This document shows positions 7,562 to 15,538 of a DNA stretch of 16,971 nucleotides, piece by piece. The notes below the pieces were generated by a model that saw nothing but the letters and a program-made list of their open reading frames with translations, ran no database searches and was not told where the DNA came from. How positions within the stretch are numbered: position 1 is the stretch's first letter; each line of letters starts with the position of its first letter. This stretch comes from Pseudomonadota bacterium. Its GTDB lineage: Bacteria; Bdellovibrionota_B; Oligoflexia; Oligoflexales; CAIYRB01. The position numbers and the translations under genes are program-made. The stretch covers positions 1 to 16,971 of the forward strand of contig JANOTL010000057.1 in assembly GCA_031416315.1 (NCBI GenBank), written 5' to 3'.

Positions 7562-10500
7562 TCAAGGCGTCGGGTACGGAAACGCCTTGATCCCGTTCCG
7601 GTCGAAGACGTACACCCGTCCGCCTTGCGCCTCCACGCCGATCGGCATGTCGAAGCTCCAGCGCCCGATGCCCCCGTCGTTCGCGATCGTCCCGTCGAGC
7701 TCCACGTGACCGAGCACAAAATCCGGCGCCTGTCCGGCGGCCGGTAGGCCCATCCAAACTTTCACCCCGTGGTTTCGCGTGTCGACGGCATAAAGGCGCG
7801 TCCCGTCCCAAGCGAACCGGCCGAGGTGCGCGGGGTCATAGTCGTAGTCGGGCGAGAGAATCGGGAAGATCGAGGTCGCCGCGGCGATCGTCGCAGGCGG
7901 CGTGCTCCAGATCGCGAGCGAGGCGCCGAGCAGACCTTCTGCGTCGTCATCCTGCAGGCCGGCAACGAGCTTGCCATCGACCGCGAAGAGGTCGGCAACG
8001 CATTGCGCCGGGTTGGGCATCGGGATGATGAAATCCGGCGCGACGCCTGCCGCGTTCGGAACAGTGCTCCAGACCAGGATTTCGGCCGGCGCACAGGTGC
8101 CAACGTAGAGCCGGCCGCCGAGCTCGAGGACGGAGGAGGCCGAGCGGTCCACGAAGGCTTCGCTGTTAATCTCCGAGCGCAGCGCGACATCCAGACGGAA
8201 ATCCACGGGCGTGCCCGAGACGGTCGGGACGTTGCGGTAGACGAAGAGATCCTCCGCGGCGACGTAGAGGCGGCTGCCGAACGTGCGCGCGAACCAAGGC
8301 TCCAGAGGGGGGCCCATACCGGACGCGTCGATTGGACAACCCACCTCATCGTCGAGTCCCAGCTTGATCGGCACCCCGGAAAAGGCCGGCGTCGCGCCGC
8401 TCGGACGGAAAAGGCTCAAGCAGTAGCCGAGCGTCATGACGATGCCACCGTCGCCGCCGCCGATCGCGCGGGTATAGTCCATGGACATAGGACTCGTTTC
8501 GACGTCGTAGGTTTCATGCGCGACCGGCTGAAAATTGGCTCGCAAGGTGATCGAGGCAGCTCTGGACTCGGCGCCATTCTCGTAGCCCAGCGTCAGCTTC
8601 GCCTTGCGACGGCCTTGCGCGCGGTTCGCGACCTTCACGCGGACCGTGCAGCTCTTCAGGATCGCGGCGCCGCAAGAGCCACCGGTCCCCGGATAGGTGC
8701 CGCCGACGAAGGCGAAGTCGGGGCCGTCGAAGGTCGCGGACTTCACGCTCGCGGTGGTGTTGCCGGAAAACTCGACGGCAAGCGTGCGCTCTTGCGGCAG
8801 CTCCCGGTCCGTGACCCCGAGCTCGAAGATGCCCGCTTTGAAGCTCAGGAGGCCCGGCGACGACTCGCCCGCGAGGTAGGCGTCCTCCTGCGCCGGCACC
8901 TCCATCGCTTCGCGCTTGCGCGGCAGGACACGGACGACGATGCGCCGGTTTTGCGTATCGGCGATCGCGAGCTTGCCGTCGAACAGGGCTAGGCCGCTCG
9001 GCATCGACAAAGACTCTGCGGAGTCGGCGCCGTAGGCGTTGTCGCCTTTCGATTCGAAGTCAGGTTGGCCCAGGACGAAGTCGGCGGGCGTCGTGCCGGC
9101 CGTCGGAAAAGTCTCCCAGACGAGGATCCGAGAAGCCGCGCCGTCGGCGACGGCTAGCGCCGTGCCGTCCGTCGCCGCGCCCGTGGCGCCGTAAAGCTTC
9201 GCGGCGCCGCTCGCCGGCGGCGGTGAGGGGTTGCCGAGCTCGAGCGCCGGCGCATCGTAAACGAGCGGCCACGCGTTCCAGACGCGCACGCGTCCGTTCT
9301 TTGACTCGAGGTAACGCCCGCCCTGGAACCATAGCGCGCCGCTTGCTTGACCGGCCGAGTTAGGTACGGTCATCTGCCCGCTGCCGTTCGTCGGGATGCC
9401 GTCCCAATACTTCAGCACGTAGGCCGAATCCCGCTCGCCTACGAAGAGGCGCTGGCCGTCGTAGGCGACCGTTCGCGCAATGCTTCCGAGCGAGACGACG
9501 GTGTCCGCGCTGGCCGCCGATACCGTCGGGATCTTGTCCCAGATCATGAGCCGCGGGGCTTTAAAATCGGTGATGACGAGCTTGCCGTCTGCGACGACGA
9601 GGTCGAGCGCCCAGCCGAAGGTCGCGTCGTCGTACGGCGGAAATTTGCCTGTGCCGAGCACCACGTCGGGCGGCGTTCCCGAGCGCTCAGGAATCTTGTT
9701 CCAAATGTGGACGTACCTGTGTGCCGTCGCGAGAAGCTTGCCCTCGTGCACCCACAGCCGATCGTAGCCAGTCTTGGACGGGCCTAGGACCAAAGCCGTC
9801 TCGCCGCGAATGATGACGCTCGCGAAATCCTCGCGCACGCCGTTGTTGTAAGTGATCGTCAGCACCCGATCGAGCAGAACGACCCCGTTCGGCTCCAGCT
9901 CGAGCACGCAGTCGGCGACCAAGTCCTGCGGCGTAAGCTCGCTCAACTTCGGGCAAGTGCTGGCAGAGGCGACGGTGAGATTGCCGCCGAGGCCCTTCAG
10001 CAAGGCGCCCTGCGCCGGCTGCTCGAAGCCCGTGACCGAAACGTTGAGCTTGATGCGAGCCTGCTCCTCGCCCTTGCGCGCGAGCGTGACGACCCCGTAA
10101 TCCTCACGGTCCGCGTTGACGGAGAGGTTCGCGAGCCAGATCACGATCGACGTCGCGATCGTCGTGCCAGGGAACGCGGCGGAGCTCACCTTGATCGCGC
10201 CTTGGAGGCGGTCCTTGCCGATGCTCTCGGCGGCAAGCTGCGCCTTCGGGATCTTGAAGACGACGTGATAAGCGTTCTTCGGGTCGGTGTCGACGGTGCC
10301 GGCGATCTCGGAGGCGTCGTCGAAGCTCACGACCGCGCCATCGATCGCGACCGGCTTCGGCAAGGGCACGCCGGTCTTCTCGTCGCGGACGACGGCGAAG
10401 ACAGTGATCAGCCCCTCGTCGACGCCGTTGCCGGTCGGGGCATCACGGTACGCCGTCAGGTAGGCTGCGGAGACCGGCGTCGGCACGCCGGCCTGCTCGA

Positions 10501-10756
10501 ACTCCGCGGACGAGCCGCCGGGCGCCTCGCCGGTCGGGCTGCCGTCCGAATTCATCGAAGACGCGCCCGTTGGCGACACGACGCCGTTCGTCGACGTCGC
10601 GGCTTTCGCAGAGCGCTGGCTTTCCTTCCGCGCGGCGTCGCTGCAGCCTAGCAGGAACGAGAGCGAGACGAAGAGGGCGAGCATGGGGAGGCCATAAATC
10701 ATATTGATTTGATCGGCAGTTGGAGAAAGGCGCTTGAGAGAAGGCTCTTTAGTCAA
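7562..10756 (-). CDS. Large lipoprotein with two NHL-type beta-propeller regions and two Cys-containing Ig-like domains (~1046-1064 aa)
   Basis: Lipobox FLLG-C; repeats such as VADGAASRILVWETFPT, ADFVLGQPDF, IADTQNRRIVV, VDTRNHGVKVW, PDFVLGH; Ig-like motifs FVGGTYPGTGGSC...C...LTLGYENG and TC...C...LTITYNNG. Start uncertain: TTG 10756 or ATG 10702. Confidence 0.8.
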   Translation of the reverse strand: MTKEPSLKRLSPTADQINMIYGLPMLALFVSLSFLLGCSDAARKESQRSAKAATSTNGVVSPTGASSMNSDGSPTGEAPGGSSAEFEQAGVPTPVSAAYLTAYRDAPTGNGVDEGLITVFAVVRDEKTGVPLPKPVAIDGAVVSFDDASEIAGTVDTDPKNAYHVVFKIPKAQLAAESIGKDRLQGAIKVSSAAFPGTTIATSIVIWLANLSVNADREDYGVVTLARKGEEQARIKLNVSVTGFEQPAQGALLKGLGGNLTVASASTCPKLSELTPQDLVADCVLELEPNGVVLLDRVLTITYNNGVREDFASVIIRGETALVLGPSKTGYDRLWVHEGKLLATAHRYVHIWNKIPERSGTPPDVVLGTGKFPPYDDATFGWALDLVVADGKLVITDFKAPRLMIWDKIPTVSAASADTVVSLGSIARTVAYDGQRLFVGERDSAYVLKYWDGIPTNGSGQMTVPNSAGQASGALWFQGGRYLESKNGRVRVWNAWPLVYDAPALELGNPSPPPASGAAKLYGATGAATDGTALAVADGAASRILVWETFPTAGTTPADFVLGQPDFESKGDNAYGADSAESLSMPSGLALFDGKLAIADTQNRRIVVRVLPRKREAMEVPAQEDAYLAGESSPGLLSFKAGIFELGVTDRELPQERTLAVEFSGNTTASVKSATFDGPDFAFVGGTYPGTGGSCGAAILKSCTVRVKVANRAQGRRKAKLTLGYENGAESRAASITLRANFQPVAHETYDVETSPMSMDYTRAIGGGDGGIVMTLGYCLSLFRPSGATPAFSGVPIKLGLDDEVGCPIDASGMGPPLEPWFARTFGSRLYVAAEDLFVYRNVPTVSGTPVDFRLDVALRSEINSEAFVDRSASSVLELGGRLYVGTCAPAEILVWSTVPNAAGVAPDFIIPMPNPAQCVADLFAVDGKLVAGLQDDDAEGLLGASLAIWSTPPATIAAATSIFPILSPDYDYDPAHLGRFAWDGTRLYAVDTRNHGVKVWMGLPAAGQAPDFVLGHVELDGTIANDGGIGRWSFDMPIGVEAQGGRVYVFDRNGIKAFPYPTP

Positions 10757-10912
10757 TTGATACGAGCTATTACCTCCGAAGACGCCCGCATCGCGGGCTC
10801 GGCCGAATGGACGTTTTGCTCCTCCGAGACGGCCTGCGCCTTCGCCCCCTTACCGTGAGACGCTGAGTCAGAGATTCAGCGCTACGTGTAAACCAGGCGT
10901 CCGTTTCGCGTA

Positions 10913-10933
10913 ACCGACACGCTTCGTGTCGGT
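10913..10933. promoter_or_regulatory. Perfect palindrome in the divergent intergenic region, candidate operator
   Basis: ACCGACACG-CTT-CGTGTCGGT (9-bp arms), 75 nt upstream of the HTH gene start. The palindrome is certain; its role is inferred. Confidence 0.5.
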
Positions 10934-11008
10934 CCCCCTTGCGCCCTTTTCCCGGCCGCGGTTAGATGCTCGTATTCAATCGAGCCATCGCAGCGGAGGC
11001 CCCAAGCC

Positions 11009-11902
11009 TTGATCCTAGAGCCGGAAGTCAAAGCGGCAGCGCTGACGGCGGAGCTCCCCGACGGGGGCGGCGATTTCCGCCTGTTTCTGCAGAACGAGCT
11101 CCTGAGGCGGTGCAAGGTGAACCCGCGCTACAGCCTGCGGGCCTTCGCCCGCTCGCTCGGCATCGAGCCCTCGGCCTTGTCGAAGCTCCTCGCGGGGAAA
11201 CGCTCGGTGAGCCGGCCGATGTTCTCGCGGCTCTCGGCGCGCCTCGGACTCGACCCGCGCGCGGCGCAACGCTTCGCGCCGCCGGAGACGAGCGAGAAGA
11301 AGCGCGCGGCGCAGGCCGCGATCCACGGCGACAACTTCAGCCAGATCAGCCTCGACGCGTTCCAGGTGATCGCCGACTGGTACCACTTCGCGCTTCTCGA
11401 GCTGATGACGGTGGAGGGCTTCCAGCCTGATCCGGCGTGGATCGCGCGCGCACTGGGCCTGAGCCTTCCCGAGGTGCGGTTCGCGATCGAGCGGCTCGTG
11501 CGCCTGGGACTCCTGGAGATCACCGCCTCGGGCGAGATGCGGCGCCTGGAGCAGGTGACGACGATCGGGCCGGAGTTCACCAACGCCGCGCTCCGGAAGG
11601 TGCAGCGGCAGGTGCTCGAGATGGCGATGCGCGCCCTGGAAGAGGTGCCGATCGAGCAGCGCGATCAGTCCGCGATGACCATGGCGGTGAACCTCGACCG
11701 TCTGCCCGCGGCGAAAGAGAAGATCAAAGCCTTTCGTCGGAGGCTTTGCGCTTTCCTCGAGGCGGAGCCGCCGAAGGGCGAGGTGTATCATCTGTCGATC
11801 TCGCTCTATCCGGTGACGGATGCGCAAGGTGCCAACGAAGCGCGCGGCCAAGCGCGCCGCCCCGGCTCGAAAAGCAGGATTTCCGGAGGGACCAAGGGAT
11901 GA
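11009..11902 (+). CDS. TIGR02147-type protein (N-terminal Cro/C1-like HTH + DUF4423-like domain), 297 aa
   Basis: NPRYSLRAFARSLGIEPSALSKLLAGKR, FQVIADWYHFALLEL, WIARALGLS, RDQSAMTMAV, VYHLSISLYPV; GGAGG at 10995-10999, 9 nt before TTG. Confidence 0.88.
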   Translation: MILEPEVKAAALTAELPDGGGDFRLFLQNELLRRCKVNPRYSLRAFARSLGIEPSALSKLLAGKRSVSRPMFSRLSARLGLDPRAAQRFAPPETSEKKRAAQAAIHGDNFSQISLDAFQVIADWYHFALLELMTVEGFQPDPAWIARALGLSLPEVRFAIERLVRLGLLEITASGEMRRLEQVTTIGPEFTNAALRKVQRQVLEMAMRALEEVPIEQRDQSAMTMAVNLDRLPAAKEKIKAFRRRLCAFLEAEPPKGEVYHLSISLYPVTDAQGANEARGQARRPGSKSRISGGTKG

Positions 11903-13527
11903 AGCGCGTGACGTGGCTCTGTATCTGGGGCGTTGTGATGGCTTCGGCCTACGGTTGCGCGGGCAATCCTTTCGTGAAAAGGAGCGCCTCGGGGCCGCGG
12001 ACGGGCGAGGTGAACGGCCAGGAGACGCACGGCGGCGACCGGCTCGCGTCGATCTTCGTCGCCAAGGGCTACCGGGTTTACCTGCGGCTGACCGAGATGG
12101 ACAAGGCGGTCTCGCCCCTGGCGCCCGACGCCATCGCGCGCTTTCTCACCGCCCTGAACGACACGCGGGTCGACCCGGTCGACCATCCGCTGATGGACTC
12201 GCAAGGCGACGTGGTCGCGGCGCGCACGGGCCCGGATCCCTTGCGGCCGGGCCATATGGTGATCGAGCTCGACCGGGAGCGCTGGGAAGAGTGGTTCAGC
12301 AAGGGGGTCGACGTCTACCGCCTCGTCTTTCACGAGTATCTGTGGGCGATCGGCGAAGACGACGCGAACTATCGCATGTCGAACCGGCTCGACCTCTACG
12401 ACAACCCGCCGGGCGGGCTCGGCGGCTGGTCGTCGCTCAGCGCGCGCGATGCGCCTTTGATCGACATGCAGGGAATGACCAACGGCGCGCCGGCGGCCGC
12501 GGCCACGGCCGGGCGCCTCGTGGTGATGGCGCCGACCTCGACCGAGAGCTGCGCCGGCCAATTCAACGTCGCGAGCTACGATTTCGCCACCGAGACCTGG
12601 ACGACGTCGAAGCCGACGATCGACCTCGGCATCGGCTCGGGCTTCGGCAACGTCGTCCTCGGCGGCGCGGTGATGATCTTCGGCGGCGCGTGTCCGACGG
12701 CGACGAAGGAGAATCTGTCGTTCCGCGGCACGGCGGCGCTCTTCTATCCGAACACGCAGGAGTGGCGCGTCGTCAATCCCGCCGGCGCGCCGACGGGCCG
12801 GCGCCAGCCTTTGATGCTATCTTTGGGCCAAAAGGCGTTCGTCTGGGGCGGCGCGGACCAAACGGGCCTGGTCGGGAGCGGCTCGATCTACGACCGCGAC
12901 GTCGACCAGTGGACCCCGGTCACGGAGAGCGACGCGCCGGCTCCCGGAAATTACGGCGGCGTCTGGCTCGGACCGGACGCGGCGCCGGAGCTGGCCGGGA
13001 AGATCGTCGTCTGGAAGAAGGACGCGGAGAGCTGCGAGCCGACCGTCTCGGTCTACGATCCCGCCCTGGCGGTCTGGTCGAAGCTCGAGTCGAAGGCGCC
13101 GCCGAGCTTCTTGTGCCGCTGGGAGAACGTCGCGTGGACGCCGCTCGGCTTCGCCTTCCTCTTCGAGTATCCGCAGACGGACCGGGACACCGGCGCGCAT
13201 GCGGGCGGGCTCTTCTGGAACCCGGCGACCGACGCTTGGTCGGTGATCCCGGCGACGGGCGCGCCCTCGCAGCGGAAAGTGCCCTCCGTCGTCTGGGCCG
13301 ACGACAAGCTGATCGTCTTCGGCGGGCACGACATCGACGGCTACGCGTTGAACACGGGATCGGTGTTCGTGCCGGCGACCGGTACGTGGCACCAGTTGCA
13401 GTCGGTCGGCGCGCCGAACGCGCGGACGCGGAACGTGGCGCTCTGGACCTCGCTCGGCATGGTGATCTGGGGCGGTCGCTCGATCACGGAGCAGCCGCTT
13501 CGGAGTGGGGCGATCTGGCGGCCTTGA
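11899..13527 (+). CDS. Lipoprotein with unrecognised N-terminal domain (GQETHGGD...LVFHEYL) and 7-blade Kelch-type beta-propeller, ~542 aa
   Basis: ATG 11899 overlaps the upstream stop (ATGA); MKR + hydrophobic stretch + SAYG-C lipobox; repeats with IFGG/VWGG/VFGG/IWGG and YDxxxxxW. The track's extension to 11437 lies inside the upstream gene. Confidence 0.85.
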   Translation: MKRVTWLCIWGVVMASAYGCAGNPFVKRSASGPRTGEVNGQETHGGDRLASIFVAKGYRVYLRLTEMDKAVSPLAPDAIARFLTALNDTRVDPVDHPLMDSQGDVVAARTGPDPLRPGHMVIELDRERWEEWFSKGVDVYRLVFHEYLWAIGEDDANYRMSNRLDLYDNPPGGLGGWSSLSARDAPLIDMQGMTNGAPAAAATAGRLVVMAPTSTESCAGQFNVASYDFATETWTTSKPTIDLGIGSGFGNVVLGGAVMIFGGACPTATKENLSFRGTAALFYPNTQEWRVVNPAGAPTGRRQPLMLSLGQKAFVWGGADQTGLVGSGSIYDRDVDQWTPVTESDAPAPGNYGGVWLGPDAAPELAGKIVVWKKDAESCEPTVSVYDPALAVWSKLESKAPPSFLCRWENVAWTPLGFAFLFEYPQTDRDTGAHAGGLFWNPATDAWSVIPATGAPSQRKVPSVVWADDKLIVFGGHDIDGYALNTGSVFVPATGTWHQLQSVGAPNARTRNVALWTSLGMVIWGGRSITEQPLRSGAIWRP

Positions 13528-15283
13528 GCGCGAGCCAAGCCAAAAGCGCGGTCGAAGCGAGGCTCATCGCCAGGCCGAGGATGTCGGTCGAGCGATGAGC
13601 TTTGCTCAGGAGGCCGTTGTTGCTGATTTGGGTCGGCAGCCAAATGAAGAGCAAGAGCTCGAGCGCGCGCGCGATCTGCATGCCGCGCGTCGGCGACCGG
13701 TCCACCGAGGCGGCGCACCATGCGATCATGAGGAATGCGAAGGTGGCGTGCAGGCCCTCGCGCATGAGCCCGGTCGAGGTCGCGCCCCAGTAGACCAGGA
13801 GCGCGGCGCCCGGAAGCAAGATCATCGTCGTGAGGAAGCCACGAAACTGCTGCCACGCGCGGCGCAGCGCCGTGAAGCGGAGCACGAACCACACGAGCCC
13901 GACGCCCGCCGGCAAGGTGTAAAACCACTGGTACGAGAACATGACCGGCTTCAGACCCGGCACGAAGAACGGCTTGAAGATCACGTGCCCCGAGAAATTC
14001 ATGTACGAGTAGAACGGTAGGACGGTGCTCGCCAGGGAGTGAACGCGGCTCATGAGCCATGTCCCGATCGGCGCATCCGGCACGCCGTTCGCCATGAAGA
14101 CGTAGTCGGCGAAGCTTGAGGAATCGAAGTGGCCGTGAGTGAAGGCTTTCCAAGGCCCGAGGATCGCCGCTAGGCCCAAGCCGCTGGCGAGTAGGGGGCG
14201 TCGCGCTTCCCACCAGCGGCGCGGCTCGAAGAGGCGGCCGAGCTGCATGTTGCGCCAATCTGCCTGCATGACGAGGACGAGCGGAAAGGCCAGGATCGTG
14301 AACGCCGCGGCCGGGTGCGCGAGGTAGGCTAAACCGGCCAGGACTCCGCCGAGCACGAAGCGCCGCGCCGTCAGCATGCAAAAGCCGCACAAGAGGAGCG
14401 TCGCGGAGCTCTGCTTCGCCCAGGTGAAATAAAGCTCGTGGACGAAAAACGGCGTCAGAGCATAGACGGCGCTCGCCACCACCGCGGCCGGCGTGCCGCC
14501 GATCAGACAGAAGAAGGGAATGATCGACAGCGCGGCGAAGGCGATGAGCGAGAACCGGTACTGCATGTAACCGAATGGATCGAGCGGCTTGAAGGGCGTC
14601 CCCATCTGATCGATGCTCTGCATGATCTCGCGGCTCCAGCTCATCGCCGCTGGCGTCGCGGCAAGCCCCGCGATGGGGCCTCGAGAGTGAAAGACGTAAG
14701 GGGAGTAGAGCGCGGCCGACTGCTGCTCGTAAGGTCCCCAGTGCCCCGCTACGTTCATCGCAATGAGGTATGGCACGCGCGGGTCCGAGCGATTGTCCCC
14801 AACCATGGTCTTCGTCACCGCGCCGCCATAGAGCTCGCCGTGCACGCCGAGCGCGTGCAGCGAGCGCCCGGCAGCGAGCGTGACGGCGAGCACGAAGACG
14901 ACGAGGACGAGCTGCTCGTTGCGAGAGAGGCGCAAGTCCTGAGGCTGGCTCAAGCTCCAAAAGAAGCAGAACCCGAGGACGATGACGACGGCGCCGCGAC
15001 AAATCAGGCGCGGCGCGACGATGCCGCCGCCGAGCCATGCCAGGAGGGCGATGGCGGCGAGAAGGATCGGACCGACGCAAGCGACCCACACCAGCTGCTC
15101 GGGCGTCGCGGGGACCGCGCGGCGCAGGCGACCGACGACGATAAGACCCGGGCCCGCGAAGAGCCCGACGACACCCACCAGCGAAGCGAGAAGGACGAGC
15201 TCGTCCGGCAGGTCCCAGCGCTGCGCATTGGTGCCGAGGAGGCCGATGAAGAAGAGGATGGCGCCGACGCGCGATGGTGACAT
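13484..15283 (-). CDS. Polytopic membrane protein, probable GT-C fold (ArnT/PMT-like) glycosyltransferase, 599 aa
   Basis: More than 10 hydrophobic segments; large loop with acidic residues (GDNRSDPRVP) after the N-terminal helices; FTWAK and LAYLAHP motifs. 3' end overlaps the convergent Kelch gene by 44 bp. The GT-C call is by architecture only. Confidence 0.65.
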   Translation of the reverse strand: MSPSRVGAILFFIGLLGTNAQRWDLPDELVLLASLVGVVGLFAGPGLIVVGRLRRAVPATPEQLVWVACVGPILLAAIALLAWLGGGIVAPRLICRGAVVIVLGFCFFWSLSQPQDLRLSRNEQLVLVVFVLAVTLAAGRSLHALGVHGELYGGAVTKTMVGDNRSDPRVPYLIAMNVAGHWGPYEQQSAALYSPYVFHSRGPIAGLAATPAAMSWSREIMQSIDQMGTPFKPLDPFGYMQYRFSLIAFAALSIIPFFCLIGGTPAAVVASAVYALTPFFVHELYFTWAKQSSATLLLCGFCMLTARRFVLGGVLAGLAYLAHPAAAFTILAFPLVLVMQADWRNMQLGRLFEPRRWWEARRPLLASGLGLAAILGPWKAFTHGHFDSSSFADYVFMANGVPDAPIGTWLMSRVHSLASTVLPFYSYMNFSGHVIFKPFFVPGLKPVMFSYQWFYTLPAGVGLVWFVLRFTALRRAWQQFRGFLTTMILLPGAALLVYWGATSTGLMREGLHATFAFLMIAWCAASVDRSPTRGMQIARALELLLFIWLPTQISNNGLLSKAHRSTDILGLAMSLASTALLAWLALKAARSPHSEAAAP

Positions 15284-15370
15284 GCGATTTTCTCGCGCGC
15301 TGACGGTGGCTTGTCAAGGCGAGTTGGCGCGCTATAGCGGCGAGGAAGTTCAATGACCCTCAAAACGTCA

Positions 15371-15388
15371 AATATGAGCGATCGCTCA
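15371..15388. promoter_or_regulatory. Candidate TetR operator 1
   Basis: AATATGAGCGATCGCTCA contains the perfect 14-bp palindrome TGAGCGATCGCTCA (15375-15388). Confidence 0.65.
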
Positions 15389-15466
15389 CGTCAAGACCCG
15401 TGGCACCGCCGAAATCCCCTCAGCCTATGACGTTTCAGGCTGGCGGGCCCAGCCCGGGAACGCGAG

Positions 15467-15496
15467 TTGGCGAAGCTGAGCGAGGACTCATATTAT
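15467..15496 (+). promoter_or_regulatory. Putative sigma-70 promoter of the coq4-like/tetR pair, overlapped by candidate TetR operator 2 (15477-15494)
   Basis: TTGGCG-N18-TATTAT. TGAGCGAGGACTCATATT read on the minus strand matches operator 1 at 15/18 positions. Confidence 0.6.
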
Positions 15497-15538
15497 CGGC
15501 GAGGCAGAGATGCCGGCTCAACAAACGGAGTGCTCGTC

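Noticed and set aside
5939..7747. 602-aa plus-strand ORF overlapping the membrane gene
   Set aside because: Arg/Gly-rich with no motifs; the 5967 frame gives a coherent membrane protein resembling the 599-aa gene.
10757..11008. Possible c-di-GMP or other known riboswitch
   Set aside because: Hairpins are present but I could not match a known consensus on either strand; an Rfam search would be needed.
11437..13598. 5' extension of the Kelch ORF to 11437 and the parallel 592-aa ORF 11820..13598
   Set aside because: The signal peptide begins at ATG 11899 with an ATGA overlap; the other sequences are Arg-rich shadow frames.
13341..15353. 670-aa minus-strand ORF overlapping the GT-C-like gene
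   Set aside because: Arg/Pro-rich shadow frame with no recognisable motifs.
15371..15494. 124-bp segment bounded by 18-bp imperfect inverted repeats considered as a MITE
   Set aside because: No target-site duplication seen, single copy in the window, and each end is itself palindromic, which fits TetR operators better.
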